Below are positions 38,230 to 53,100 of a stretch of 64,000 nucleotides of DNA, in pieces; position 1 is the first letter of the stretch, and every line of letters starts with the position of its first letter. The translations under genes were made by a program, and so were the position numbers. Location: NCBI RefSeq assembly GCF_963921235.1, contig NC_086108.1:50346001-50410000 (forward strand). Direction: 5' to 3'. Origin of the DNA: Mobula hypostoma. Lineage: Eukaryota. The notes under the pieces are model-generated. The model was given only the letters and a program-made list of their open reading frames with translations. It was not told the DNA's origin and searched no databases.

Positions 38230-39019
38230 AAAATACAACGCTCTTTTAAAGATATTGAAACCTATAACATGAAAAAAAAGTGGATTGTTTCTGCTAGAAG
38301 TGGACTTTGATGATAAATAGCATCATTTTCACAAAGTGTTTTGATAAGAATTTTATTCCTCATATCCTAGCACACCAATAATCGGAGACCCAGCCACAAA
38401 TGGTGGAGAATACTCCTTGTGCCCTGAAACAGTTTTTGCACAAGAACAGATGGAAATATTTAGGCAAATCTTTTGTTAACATATTTGACTGCATGTATTA
38501 AAAAGTATGATTGATCTGGGCTTGTTCTAAAAGCATGTTGATGATGGAGACAAGCTTAGATTTTTCTCTATGTATCAGATGAGAGATGTATGAAGCAACC
38601 AGAGAACAGAATCAATCAACTTGACCAGAACATAGAACAAATCCTTCCTATTGTGGTGAAGGAAAAATATTGGCAGTAGGCTTGGCAGAAGTTGTACAGA
38701 AAGTAAATAGGGGCAATAATTTTAATACCGAAAATAGTAGGGAGTTGGTAGCTATCAATTGCCATGAAAACAAATATGAGTTGATTTCCCAGAATGACAC
38801 AGTACATTGTGTACGGATAAATGACAGAGCCAAGTGAGACTGAAGAGGAGAACAAAGCCTTAATGATGAAGTTTCTCACAAAGAAGCTCTCACTGGCTGA
38901 AGGCTGCTTGATAAAATAAAGCTGCAGGATGTTGCATCCTTGAATGGAAAAAAATGATAAAACCAGAAAATATGATTTTAATAAACAAAAATCTGTTCAA
39001 CGGTTTTGAAACCTTTTAA

Positions 39020-39990
39020 TGTACCCTCAACTCTGTTCCCTACAAGACTGCAACATCAGCATCCTTTTCCCTACCAATATACTCACAACTGCATGGCCAG
39101 TTTCTATTCTAACTCCATCTACAAGTTTGCAGATGACCCCACAGGAGGGATCTGTATCTGAAATAATGATGAATCGGAGTGCAGGAAGAAGTTAGGCAGC
39201 CTAGTGGCATAGCGTCAATGACAGTAACCTCTTCCTCAATGCCAGCAAAATGCAAGTGTTGATTGTTGATGTCAGGAACAGGGAGGTAGTGCACATGCTC
39301 CTGTTAACAACAATGTTGCTGGGGTTGAGAGGGTTAACGTTCAAGTTCCTAGGATGAAACATCACCAGTAGCCTGTCAAATTTCAACCACATAGACACCA
39401 GAACCAAGAAAGCTCACTACCACCTCTACTTCATAGGCTAAAGAAATATACATGACCTCTTTGAACCCCACCAGTCAACGTACCAGAGAAAGCATCCGAT
39501 CCAGATGGATCATGGCTTGTTATGGATTTGCCTGAGACCTCAACAACCTGAAGAGAATTGTGGATACAGTTCAAAATATCATGGAAACCAACCTCCCTTC
39601 CATGGACTCTGTCCACACTTCTCGCTGCCTCAGCAAAGCAGGCAACATAATCAAAGACCCCACCTACCTACCTTCTCTCTCCAACCCCTCCCATTGGGCA
39701 TAAGATACAAAAGCCTGAAAACACGTACCACCAGGATGAAGGACATATTCTACCCTGCTGTGATAAGAATATTGAATAACCTTTAGTTTGACCTTATAAC
39801 CTATCTTGTTATGGCCCTGCACCTTACTGTTTGCCTCTGTGCACTTACTCTGTAACTGTATCACTTAATTCTACATTCTATTACTCTTTTCCTGTACTTG
39901 TTCAATGCACTGTTGTAATGAAATTATCCGTACAGGTGGCATGCAAAACAAAAGTTTTTTACAGTACCTTCGTACATGTTCCAGTAATAA
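39020..39990 (+). mobile_element. Old Rex1/Babar-like LINE RT 3' half
   Basis: IYKFADD, FKFLG, LPLGIRYKSLKTRTTRMKDIFYPAVIRILN. Confidence 0.75.
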
Positions 39991-40611
39991 ACCAATTTGA
40001 GTGCCTATTGTGTTATCTATGGAGATACTCCCTTTTATTATCCTGTATAATCATTAACACAGTAAACATATTTTTTACAAGCAGTGCTTCTGCATATGGA
40101 AAGTTCACACTGTTTGCTGTCTGAATTTCAAGCTGTTGCAACAAGTTAACCACACAGCAAGTGTTGAAGATGATAGCCAACATACAGTATTTGCTGCCAT
40201 GAATGAGAGAGACAGACAGCAGAAGAATGGTGGAGATTTCCAATTTGCTGATGGCAGTAATAGTAATACTGGTTGATGACGTCCATGTCAGGAGGAAGGT
40301 GTTGCGTGCAAGGGAGTGGGTGGGAGGGGAATATGCTGTGGATTTGTTGTGGAGTTCTTCAAAGGTTTCTGCTGGGGTAGGATGGCAGGAGGTGGTAGAA
40401 CCCTTGGTCTCCAAAATTACCAAGCAATTTAGAAATATCAAATCAAGATGTGTCAAGCAAGAACTTGAAATTAGTCTTCAAGGATCCTGCTTTCGGGTGC
40501 AGTATTTACATGTGTTCTTTCCCTCCACCTATCACCATCTGGTCACAAACCCTTGGGTAGAGCAGCTTATTTAGAAATGTCATTGGTGAACTTCAGTGAA
40601 TTGGCAAGCAT

Positions 40612-41434
40612 CACATACAAAATGCTGGAGGAACTCAGCAGGTCTGCAACACCTATGGAGGGAAATGAACAGTCAACATTTCGGGCTGAGACCCTTCATC
40701 ACATATGGAAAGAAAGCAGGCAGAAGCCATAATGAATGTGTTAGGGGAGGGCATCGAGCACAAGCTGGCAGGTGAAAGGTGAATCCTAAGAGGTAGAAGG
40801 AAGGTGGAGAGGGGTGCAAGTGAGAATGATGTGAGAAACTGGAAGGTGATGAATAGAATGCGTAAAGTACTGAACAAGATGGAATCTGATAGGAGAGGAC
40901 AGTAGACCATGGGATAAAGGGAAGGAGCTGGGGAATTAGAAGGAGGAAGGTGTGGGTGGTGAGCAAGCCTTGAGGTTAGGGTAGTGGAAAGCAGGGGTAA
41001 TGGGCCCAGAGGAATAAAGGAAAACGGGGTGGGGTGGATTAGAGGGGAGTGGTTACTGAAAGTTAGAGACATGTCCAATGGGATTAAAATAGTTGGCCAC
41101 TGGGAGATCCCTGCTATTATAACGAATGGAGTGAAGATGTTTGACAAAATGAGCCCACTTCTACCTCTCTACTTCTCACATCATCCCCATTTCTCTCCTT
41201 CCCACAGCTCCCCTTCTCACCTGGATTCACCTGTCACCTGCTTGTGTTCCTCCCCTTTCCACCACCACACCCTTTTATTTTGGTTTCTGTCCTCTTTCCT
41301 TCCAGTCCTGATGAAGGGTCTCAGCCTGAAACGTGGACTCTTTATTTCTCAGCAGAGATGGTGCCTGACTCACTGAGTTCCTCCAGCATTTTGTGTGTAT
41401 CACTTTTTATTTCCAGCATCTGTAGTCTCTCTTA
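40612..41434. mobile_element. Older Penelope-like insertion with inverted pLTR ends
   Basis: Left end cacatacaaaatgctggaggaactcagc; right end ctgagttcctccagcattttgtgtgt plus tail; decayed hammerheads at 40671-40706 (-) and 41304-41339 (+, GTC changed to GTG). Confidence 0.8.
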
Positions 41435-41631
41435 CTGTATGTCTTCAGTTAATTTGTTGCTTCTTTTCATCCCTAACTTCCCTACAGCCAGACAGAGCTG
41501 GGCTGGAGAGGGATGGAATGGGATGAGATTCCTCCTGCTGATGCTTCATGAAGCAGTATTAAATGGACACTGGAGTAACTCAGGTTCAAGCTGGGGCTGG
41601 AGACAAGACAGTGCTTGTCATTCCTCCATTT

Positions 41632-43073
41632 TAACCATATAACCATATAACAATTACAGCACGGAAACAGGCCATCTCGGCCCTTCTAGTCCATGCCGAA
41701 CGCTTACTCTCACCTAGTCCCTACTGACCTGCACTCAGCCCATAACCCTCTATTTCTTTCCTGTCCATATAGCTGTCCAATTTTACTGTAAATGACAGTA
41801 TTGAACCTGCCTCTACCACTTCCGCTGGAAGCTGGTTCCACACAGCCATCACTCTCAGAGTAAAGTAGTTCCCCCTCATGTTACTCCTAAACTTTTGCCC
41901 CCTAACTCTCAACTCATGTCCTCTTGTTTGAATCTCCCCTACTCTCAATAGAAAAAGCCTATCCACGTCAACTCTATTTATCCCCCTCATAATTTTAAAT
42001 ACCTCTATCAAGTCCCCCCTCAACCTCCTACACTCCAAAGAATAAAGACCCAACTTGTTCAACCTTTCTCTGTATCTTACGCGCTAAAATCCAGGTAACA
42101 TTCTATTAAATCTTCTCTGTACTCTCTCTATTTTGTTGACATCTTTCCTATAATTTGGTGATCAGAACTGTACACAATACTCCAAATTTGGCCTTACCAA
42201 TGCCTTATACAATTTCAACATTACATCCCAATTCCTATACTCAATGCTCTGATTAATAAAGGCCAGCATACCAAAAGCTTTCTTCACCACCCTATCCACA
42301 TGAGATTCCACCTTCAGGGAACTATGCACCATTATTCCTCGATCCCTCTGTTCTACAGTATTCCTCAATGCCCTACCATTTACCATGTATGTCTTATTTT
42401 GATTAGTCCTACCAAAATGTAGCACCTCACATTTTTCAGCATTAAACTCCATCTGCCATCTTTCAGCCCACTCTTCTATCTGTCCTAAATCTCTCTGCAA
42501 GCTTTGAAAACCTACTTCATTATCCACAACACCACCTATCTTAGTATCATCTGCATACTTACTAATCCAATTTACCACCCCATCATCCAGATCATTAACG
42601 TGTATGACAAACAACATTGGACCCAATACAGATCCCCGAGGCATACCACTAGTCACTGGCCTCCAATCTGACAAACAGTTATCCACCACTACTCTCTGGC
42701 ATCTCCCATCCAGCCACTGCTGAATCAATTTTAGTACTTCAATATTAATACCTAACAATTGAACCTTCGTAATTAACCTTCCGTGTGGAATCTTGTCAAC
42801 GGCCTTACTGAAGTCCATATCGACAACATCCACCACTTTACCCTCGTCAACTTTCCTAGTAACCTCTTCAAAAAATAAGATTTGTCAAACATGACCTTCC
42901 ATGCACAAATCCATGTTGACTGTTCCTAACCAGACCCTGTCTATCCAGATAATTATATATACCATCTCTAAGAATACTTTCCATCAATTTACCCACCACT
43001 GATGACAAACTCACAGGCTGATAATTGCTAGGTTTACTCTTAGAACCCTTTTTAAACAATGGAACAACATGAG
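41632..43073 (-). mobile_element. CR1 RT and 3' end, same subfamily as 19475-21823
   Basis: KYADDTKIGGVVDNEVGFQSLQRDL; same (ttatatgg)n tail. Confidence 0.95.
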
Positions 43074-43779
43074 GCATTTTTAGTCCATTCTGTTTTAAAT
43101 TTTCTGGTTAAAATGGAACTAAAGTAGGATTAGCCTATGACCCATTCCATACTGAGAATCTACACATTCACCAGAACCACTCTCTATACTAACACTAGTC
43201 TAAGACAGCAGAGGATTTTGTCCTGCTCATAGCTAAAATGACGAACAACCTGAGCACTCTAATCCATGGTCTCACAGGAATGATAATTTTCTCTTCTAAA
43301 ACCACACATCTCTTCATAAACCTATTTGTTGGACTTGGGTATCAGCATCAATTATTATCTATTTGTTGGTCTTAGGTTTCAGCTTGCAGGATATCAGCAT
43401 TTTATGATTTCTCTAGGTCTATGCTTTCCCCTTCATTCCATAACACAACCAGTTCTTCCTTAATCCAAACTGAAGGGGATCTACTTTTATTTCCAATTTT
43501 GATAGTATGCCACCAGAATTAATCTTCCACATAAAGCTCCCTGTATTGCAAATAAATTGATACCTGTGATTTTCTTGCTGTTCAAGATGAATCTTTGTCA
43601 AAAAATCCATGTCAGACTCTGAACAGTGGAAAGTCCTGGCTTCTTCACAGTGCTCGTGGATTAGACTCAATCTTTTTATCCATGTACACACTGTGAAATT
43701 TACCTCATTTTGCATAATAAAACACAGTAAAATGTTTCCTAATCATACTACATTTCAAACACTGAACATTTATTGACAT

Positions 43780-46640
43780 GCTTATGAAAGGTTCAAAAAA
43801 CTAGCTAAATGATAGAGAGCTAGAAGATTATAAGGCGAGCAGGAAGGAGTTTAAAATTGAAATTAGGAAAGCCAGAAGGGGCCATGAGAAAGCCTTGGCG
43901 AGCAGGATTTTAAAAAAAGCCCAAGGCATTCTACAAGTATGTGAAGTGCAAAAGGATAAGATGTGAGAGAATAGGACCTATCAAGTGTGACAGTGGAAAA
44001 GTGTGTATGGAACTGGAGGAGATGGTGGATGTACATAATGAATACTTTGCCTCAGTATTCACTATGGAACAGGATCTTGGCGCTTGTAGAGATGACTTAC
44101 AGCGGATTGAAAAGCTTGAGCATATATACCTTAAGAAAGAGGATGTGCTGGTGCTATTGGAAAGCATCAAGTTGGATACTGTGGGAGGCAAGGGAGGAGA
44201 TTGCTGAGCCTCTGGCAGTGATCTTTGCATCATCAATGTGGACGGGGGAGGTTCTGGAGGATTGGAGGGTTGCAGATGTTGTTCCCTTATTCAAGAAAGG
44301 GAGTAGAGATAGCCCAGGAAATTATAGATCAGAGAGTCTTACTTTACTGGTTGGTAACTTGATGGAAAAGATCCTGAGAGGCAGGATTTATGAACATTTG
44401 GAGAGGCATAATATGATTAGGAATAGTCAGCATGACTTTGTCAAAGGCAGGTTGTACCTTACGAGTCTGATTGAATTTTTTGAGAATGTGACTAAACACG
44501 TTGTTGAAGGTAGAGCAGTAGATGTAGTGTATATGGATTTCAGCAAGTTATTTGATAAGGTACCGCATGCAAGGCTTATCGAGAAAGGAAGGAGGCATGG
44601 GATCCAAGGGGATCTTGCTTTGTGGATCCAGAATTGGCTTGCCCACAGAAGGCAAAGAGTGGTTGTAGATGGGTCATATTCTTCATGGAGGTTGGTGACT
44701 AGTGGTGTGCCTCAGGGATCTGTTCTGGGACCCCTCCTCTTTGTGATTTTTATAAATGACCTGGATGAGGAAGTGGAGGGATGGGTTAGTAAATTTGCTG
44801 ATGACACGAAGGTTGGGGGTGTTGTGGATAGTGTGGAGGGCTGTCAGAGGTTACAGAGGGACATCGATATTGCAAAACTGAGCTGAGAAGTGGCAGATGG
44901 AGTTCAACCCAGATATGTGTGAGGTGGTTCATTTTGGTATGTCATATATGACGGCAAAACATAGTATTAATGGTAAGACTCCTGGCAGTGTGGAGGATCA
45001 CTGGGATCTTGGGGTCCGAGTCCACAGGACACTCAAAGCTGCTGTGCAGGTTGACTCTGTGGTTCAGGTGGCATAGGGTGCATTGGCCTTCATCAACCAT
45101 GGGATTGAGTTTAAGAGACGAGAGGTAATGTTACAGCTATATAGGACCCTGGTCAGACCCCACTTGGAGTACTGTGCTCAGTTCTGGTCACCTCACTACA
45201 GGAAGGATGTGGAAGCCATAGAAAGGGTGCAGAGGAGATTTACAAGGATGTTGCCTGGATTGGCAAGCATGCCTTATGAGAATAGGTTGAGTGAACTCGG
45301 TCTTTTCTCCTTGGAGCGACAGAGGATGAGAGGTGACCTGTTAGAAGTGTTCAAGATAATGACAGGCATTGATCATGTGGATAGTCAGAGGCTTTTCCCC
45401 AGGGCTGCAATGGCTATCACGAGAGGGCACAGTTTTAAGGTGCTTGTAAGTAGGTACAGTGGAGATGTCAGGGGTAAGTTTTTTATGCAGAGAGTGGTGA
45501 GTGCATGGAATGGACTGCCGGTGATGGTGGTGGAGGCGGATACAATAGGGTCTTTTAGGGGACTCCTGGATGGATACATTTATTAACGACCTGGATGTGG
45601 GGGTAGAAGGGTGGGTTGGCAAGTTTACAGATGACACAAAGGTTAGTGGTGTTGTAGATAGTGTAGAGCATTGTCGAAGATTGCAGAGAGACATTGATAG
45701 GATGCAGAAGTGGGCTGAGAAGTGGCAGATGGAGTTCAACCCGGAGAAGTGTGAGGTGGTACACTTTGGAAGGACAAACTCCAAGGCAGAGTACAAAATA
45801 AATAGCAGGATACTTGGTAGTGTGGAGGAGCAGAGAGATCTGGGTTACATGTCCACAGATCCCTGAAAGTTGCCTCACAGGTGGGTAGGGTAGTTAAGAA
45901 AGCTTATGGGGTGTTAGCTTTCATAAGTCGAGGGATAGAGTTTAAGAGTCGTGATGTAATGATGCAGCTCTATAAAACTCTGGTTAGGCCACACTTGGAT
46001 TACTGTGTCCAGTTCTGGTCGCCTCACTATAGGAAGGATGTGGAAGCATTGGAAAGGGTACAGAGGAGATTTACCAGGATGCTAGCTGGTTTAGAGAGTA
46101 TGCATTATGATCAGAGATTAACGGAGCTAGGGCTTTACTCTTTGGAGAGGAGGAGGATGAGAGGAGACATGATAGAGGTGTACAAGATATTAGGAGGAAT
46201 CGATAGAGTGGATAGCCAGTGCCCCTTCCCCAGGGCACCACTGCTCAATACAAGAGGACATGGCTTTAAGGTAAGAGGTGGGAAGTTCAAGGGGGATATT
46301 AGAAGAAGTTTTTTTAACTCAGAGAGTGGTTGGTGCGTGGAATGCACTGCCTGAGTCAGTGGTGGAGGCAGATACACTAGTGAAGTTTAAGAGACTACTA
46401 GACAAGTATATGGAGGAATTTAAGGTGGAGGTTTACATGGGAGGCAGGGTTTGAGGGTCGGCACAACATCGTGGGCCGAAGGGCCTGTAATGTGCTGTAC
46501 TATTCTATGTTCTATGTTCTATGGAGCTTAAAAAAATAGAGGGCTATGGGCAACCTTAGGTAATTTCTAAAGTAAATACATGTTCGGCACAGCATTGTGG
46601 GCTGAAGGGCCTGTATTTTGCTGTAGTTTTTCTCTGTTTC
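43780..46640 (+). mobile_element. CR1 ORF2, 5'-truncated, with a second CR1 inserted near its 3' end
   Basis: [15 protein letters not shown]; host sequence ggatggatacat resumes atggagcttaaaaaaatagaggg near 46521. Confidence 0.92.
45578..46521 (+). mobile_element. Nested CR1 3' fragment of a different subfamily
   Basis: FINDLDVGVEGWVGKFTDD...; own (ttctatg)n tail. Confidence 0.9.
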
Positions 46641-48199
46641 TGTGACATTTCCATGTTTTTTTTTATAAATGGGGCAGGGCAGTGGTACGGTAGAAAGATT
46701 AAAATGTCAAAATCAGTATTAAAATGCAATCTTCTTTGAATCAAGTTGATCTGGATTATTCTAATCATTTTTGTCTTCTCCAGTATCTTTATCCTTGACC
46801 TTCATTCAATGCAACAGGTCTAGGTACCAAAGTAACACCCTTCCCCCTTCACCTCCGCTGAGTTAACATTCTTTCAACTTAATTAATATTGTCCTCAGAA
46901 ATGTGAGTGCCTGAAGAAATGGAGAGCCTAGTTGGATTTTAAAGATACATTCATTACACGAAGTCCTCTCTGAAGAGCCCAGACCCGAGCATCAACTAGG
47001 GTGATACTCACGAACATCTTTTACACTACATTACACCATTAACACACAGCAGTCAGTCACGTCCAGAAAGACCTCTTAGCCAGTAAAAGCATTGTACAGG
47101 AGGAATCCCTTGCAGGTGGGCCCACAGGATTATTAAGCCATCACTCATTCACCTTAATCAGTTACCCATTTGGTGCACAAGACAATCACACATACACATT
47201 ATTTTCCTTTAAAAGCTCCTGATTTCTACGTAGCATCCAGCTTTGAGTTATAAATCTTCTGTCCATGATAAACAGAATGTACTTGGGTGGTACAGTAAAA
47301 CTTCTATAGTCTGAGGTGGTCTGTAGCAGACATTAAATCAACACAAGGATTAAAACTACTTAAACTCATCCCTACCAATATTATCTTTATTTTGCAATTA
47401 CACACTAGTCTATTTAGTCTATGCCAGCTGATCAGGGAACAATCCCATTAGTCGCACTCTCCCTTTTTATTTCCTTGCACTTAAGCAATTTATTCTTCCT
47501 TGCACATAATCCTCAGCTCCTTTTTTTCTGACAATTAAGCAATGTCAAAGGATAAACGACATAGCTGATTGACCCGTCAGCACACTCAGAGTAGTGCCTG
47601 TGGTCTGACTGCTGCCCCAAGCTCCATTTTTACGAAGATCACAAAGTCAGCTCTCCAAAGTAAAGGACATTTTAAAATCAACCCATTTTAAATGAGAAAT
47701 TAGACCTGTCACATAATTCTATTGAAAGCATTTTATCTGAGCAAAGATGATGTACTTTATTAAAATTTAGTTTCTGGATTTTATAGAAAGACACCAGGGA
47801 TCGTTATGAAACTTCTCTTGACTGACTATCCAGATATGTGCAGAAGTTGGATGGAAGCACTGGTACTTTACAAGGTGGAACTTTTCCGTCTTCCTCAGTT
47901 ATCCCTTAACACCCTACCCTGTGGTAGCTTCATGTGTCCATTGCAGCATTGGATGAAATGATCAATGCTCAGTCCACAGGAAGACAAAGTCTAGTCTTCA
48001 CTCTCAGTACCAATGCTAAACAGGATAGACCTGGAACACATCTAGCTGCTCAAAAATGGTGAATATCCACGAGGTACCATTGACTATAGCAGAAATATAC
48101 ACCACCCCAGTCATTAACCTTATGGCTTGAGACATCACTCAGTTTACTGCTACTAGTAAGGCAGGGGAACAATTCTGCTAATGCCCATCTAAATTCACC

Positions 48200-48362
48200 C
48201 ATCATCCACCCGCTTTCACTCTACATCCATTCCCCATCCTTTCGTATTGGCTTCTTTCTTTCCAGTACTGAAAAAGGGTCTTGATCTGACACTGTTTTCT
48301 CTCCCTTCGCTGATGCTGCCTGATTCACTTAGTTCCTCCAGTGGATTTTTTTTTTGTGTGGC
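48200..48362 (+). mobile_element. Decayed Penelope pLTR remnant
   Basis: tccagtactgaaaaagggtctt...gatgctgcctgattcacttagttcctcca. Confidence 0.5.
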
Positions 48363-49624
48363 ATTGTTTTGATTTCCTTTGTTAATTGGGACCTAGAGAT
48401 TGTGAGATAGAACATGTATCCCTATAGATATTGTTGGGACAGGATCTTCTCTGCTTCCCCCCACCCCCCCCACACTTAAAGGTCTCAATATTTCTTGTGG
48501 CACATGTGATCTCTGTGTTGACGATTCTAGTCAGAAACCACTACTGGCTGGATCCACTCATTCCAGAGAGGAGTGTCTGTGCTGATTGAGTATTTTTCAG
48601 CCTGTCTAAATACCTGCTACAGCGATCTACAGCCAGCCGCAGACATTCCCTGCTTCAGTGTGCATGATCTTGCTCTAGAGTGTGTGGTGCTCTGCACGTC
48701 CACTTGACTTGTGATGCCCGTACACGCATCATTGTTCGAACCGGCATTGCTCAAATGTATATTACCACAACTGAGAAAAGGTGCCATTCCCAGACTGTCA
48801 TTGGAGCAGGTGTGAAATTGCAGATGCATGTGTGCCAAATGGAAGTATTTAGTTAGATGAATTTCTGAAGCTCAATTTTTGACCTGTAAATGGTCAGAAT
48901 TTATTTTCAGTTTCAGATAAGCCTATTTTCAATCTAATTTCTTGGCTAGTATGGCAAGTGGGGCATAACTATGTAATGGAGGGGAGTTGGAAGTGCCTTA
49001 CCTTTGGATGTAGTAATAAATCTCATGCCCATATATATCACATGGCAGGACAGAAGCTCTCTTCATCAAAGAGCCTTAGAAGAAAGCCAGAAAGTGATAA
49101 CTGGAATAATGTTTTAGTGTACACAGTCAGTACTGAGTAATGGACAGGAGAATTAATCAGAGGTTCCAAAAAAAATAAACAGGCAAGATTTATTTTGAAG
49201 AAATTACGTTTAATTTTATGGTCAAATAACAATTCACATGTATAAAAATGACATTGAGTCCAATGACAGGACATTAATTCAAAACAATCATAATTTAATG
49301 ACAACCACTACTCAATCAATTTTTATTTATATAAGTTGTACATTTTGACTTAATTTTAATGGAATTTTTTTTAAAGTTCAGTGGAACACAGTTTATTCAG
49401 TTAGAAAAACTGCCTTAAACACCTTTAACAACTCACAGTAAGAAATCAGGAAATCATTATTTTATATTTTTGTTGCCAACATTAGTGACTGAGTGAACTC
49501 TTCTACTCTGTCTATAATAGACCATGTGCTGAAACTGCTTTCCTCTCCCTCACCTTCAAGGTGGATAATGTGAAATACATTTCCAACTTCTATATTGAGA
49601 AGGTCAATATGTCAAGAACACATC

Positions 49625-50090
49625 ATAACAACAGATGCAGTGGAAGCAGAGGAACTGAGAAAAAGAATAGCATTCTTGCATGAGTGTCAGTAGGTTTATA
49701 AAAGATATCAGCATACAGTCTGTCACTAGAGATGGAGGCAGAGAGATTGAGAAATGGAAGAGAGAAGTGTCAGAGATGGACTAAGTAAATTTGAAGGCAG
49801 GGTGGAAGTTGGAGGCAAAGTTGAGGAAACTGAAGAGCTCTGCATGTGTGCAGGAAGTAGCCCCAATAATGTATTTGCAGATTGGAAAGAGTTGGGAAAC
49901 ATTACCACTAGAGGCTTGGAACATGGACCGTTCCCCATAGCCAACAAAAAAGTAGCCTTAGCAGAGGCTGATGCAGATGCCATTAACTACACCTTGCATT
50001 TGTGGAAAGTGGGAGGAGCAGAAAGAAAAAATTGTTTAGGGTGAGGACCAGTTCTGCTAGACAGAGGAGAGTGGTGGTGTTAGAATAACA
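49625..50090 (-). mobile_element. Old Penelope RT fragment
   Basis: TTTLLCLAELVLTLNNF; similar to 9840-10130 and 10830-11010. Confidence 0.75.
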
Positions 50091-50149
50091 AGGCAAGTTG
50101 TAAGTAAAGCTTAGGGTGGAGATGTGACCAGTAATGAGTGCATACCAAC

Positions 50150-53100
50150 AAAAATAGTGTTTCAATAAACTACAACATGCAAACTATAGTCTATAGTATA
50201 CTATCAAATCATTTGAAACTACCATAAAATTTGTTCCAAAATAGAAATTAAAATTAGCACACGGTATTAATTACTTAATTAAATAATTCCACATGAATGT
50301 GTTTTTTTAAAAAAAAGTTAAATATAAAGAATTTCCATAGCAACACCAGTTAGAATAAGTACAAGAAACTACAACATACTGTAATTTTTGTATTTAGGTA
50401 GTCACACTTGTTAAAACTTAATACATCATTTAACTAAAATAACTTTCCAGCCACATTAAGCACAGTATTTTGAATTATCAAATAATGGGATAAAATTAAA
50501 TAAGTTTCACAATAAATCTCATATCAATATATTTATATTCTCTGTTGCATCATCTTCTCAAGTTGCTGATAGATGCTGTGCTAATCAGTAATGTTATGAC
50601 AAATTTTCTGCTTAAATACTGCCTTTTTGATTTTGCTCAGTACATCGACATCAGTGAAAGTTGGCATACCCTTAACTGGGCATGATAATGAAATAACAAT
50701 CACAATTTTATGCATTTTCTAAAACAATCTGCTAGTGAGTAATCAAGAATAAGTCATTTAGTCATAAAGTTTGGGCAATTGCCTGAAGATATTCAGCTCG
50801 GGATACTGTGCAGTATATTAGACTACATTATGGCTCTGCAGTTCTTGGGGATTATGAATATCACACGTAAATATTGGACATTACCATACAGAGTGCTGGG
50901 TGGCAATCTCAAGCAGGCATGCCTATGTTTTTGATGACAGGTGGTATGTTTTGGCAGGTAGCAAGGATGAAAATCTCCATGAACAGAAAGTGGTACAGTA
51001 AGCCTAAATATTTTCCTTCTGTCAACAAACTAAACTTAATAACACATTACTTTTGAGATACTTGTATACAAAGTAGATTGGTTTATGTGTTATGATAATT
51101 CTATTCTAAAGGATATAGTGTAAGAATTAGACGGAAATTTAAAGCACTTCAATACAGTGCATCATTCAATCCTTATAAATTTCCACTACCGAAACTCAAA
51201 GAGCTGTATCACTGAATCCAAAACTTGTAAAGAACAACTGTACTTTATAAAATTTAGCTTATTAAGATTATTTGTAAAATTATGAAATGATAGAATGTCA
51301 ATGTTACAGAATGACTTTTCCTGGTAAGCAGTCCTCAAGACTTAAATGATTTGGATGAAATATATCTTCAAGGTACATTTTCTGTTCATCAGCATGGGAC
51401 AATGTGACTCTTCCTGCATTGAGATAAGTACAGCACACCACATCCAAGGATATACAGAAGAATAAAATGGCTAAATTTCCAATTAATATCCTAATACATT
51501 TTACAGAACAATGCCCCAAGAGGGTAAAAAACGTGCTGCATCCATTTTGAGATGTCCTTCAATTCCCTTAGGTAGGCATGGATAGGATACATCTTTGCAA
51601 ATGCAAGAGTAGCTCTCCAAAATAATTCCTTGTATTTCATCCACAGTAATATGAGACAATATGGAATGAGACTAATGTTAATGATAGGGATATAGTGGAA
51701 TGTATTTTCATAACATCACACATTCTGTAGCGATATCCAATGATTTCCACTTCCCTACTCTTACTTCTCCAGTCCTGCATATCATCAAATGTTTATTCAG
51801 TTTTGTTTTAAAGCTCCCAACCAAATTTCCTTCCACTCTGCCTTCAGTCTGTGCATTCCTAATTGGACTCTCCATGTAAAGGATATTTCTTTGTTTTTAT
51901 CTCTGGTTCATTTTCCAAACATGTCAGATCTGTGTCCTCTAGCTGTTGAATCTCCTGCCATCAAAATCTATTTCTGCTTTTCGCCTCTATCCACACAGGT
52001 TACAACTCCTCCAAATCTATAGCAAGTAATTTGGATAAACAGTCTTTTGGAGTTCCTTTAAAACAGGTGTTCTCAACTGACCCCTCGGTTAATGGTAGGG
52101 GTCCATGGCATGAAAAATGTTGGGAATCTCTGCTATAGAATGATTCTTTCTGCAGTCTCTTGTGTCTACATCAAATTTATTTTTCTTTTATCACAACATC
52201 TCATGTAGATCAATTTCCTCCCCATGCTCTTAAAAACTCTACAAGAGAACTTGCCCAGAACTGAACACTATATTCTAACCATCGTCTAATAAGTGCTTTG
52301 TTAAGGATATACATTACTGTGACATGTCTTTCACTTAGGCAACAAAGGTCGAATAACTTTAAGAAGAAGCGACCTTCTACAATTGTTTAAGGATCCTTTA
52401 AGGGCCAGTCATAAAGTTAAGCTACTGCCTCAAAAAAAAATGTTTTCTGGAGACAGGATAAACTTCTAGCTTGATCTTCCTGATCTTTCACTCTCCTACC
52501 AAGGATCTAAATTCTTCTACAGTATGTCCACTTTTGAACAGACACATGCCAGCTAATTACTGACATACAGAGACATCTAAAATCACTAAATCATTGTCAA
52601 CTATGTGGGTAGATGGAAATTTCACCAAGAAACAATAAAATATCGCTCTGTCCTTAGAAATTGTACTTAACTGCATTAGCTAGCTGTTTAGTTTTGTGAA
52701 CAGAAATTTGGCTAAAAAAATTCCTTCTGAGATCTTGGTGGTTAATATCTTTGAGCAGCAGGACCATGTATTGCATTTGAGGAACACCATATTTCACTCA
52801 ATCTCAATGGGCTGAAATGCATGAAACACCTGGTCAAGGCAAGTTGTAGAAAGAAAGGAAAACTACTTCAGATTTGAACCATTGGGCCTGATATTCCCTG
52901 ACCGCTGACAATCTGAGGAAGAGAAAAATAAAAGCAGGGAAGTAGTATTAAATAAATAGGCTCACATTTCGTTGTAATCACAGATTATTAGAAAGTCGGA
53001 TAATTGCAACATTTTGCAAAATTAAGTACAATCTCCAGTACTTTGATAGAAGAATTCTGTCATCAGTTTACATTAGAAGACCTCTATGAAAAGGGGTTTA

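Noticed and set aside
40013..40574. Overlapping 147-aa and 123-aa ORFs as a host exon
   Set aside because: No recognisable domain; lies between decayed repeats; no convincing splice context.
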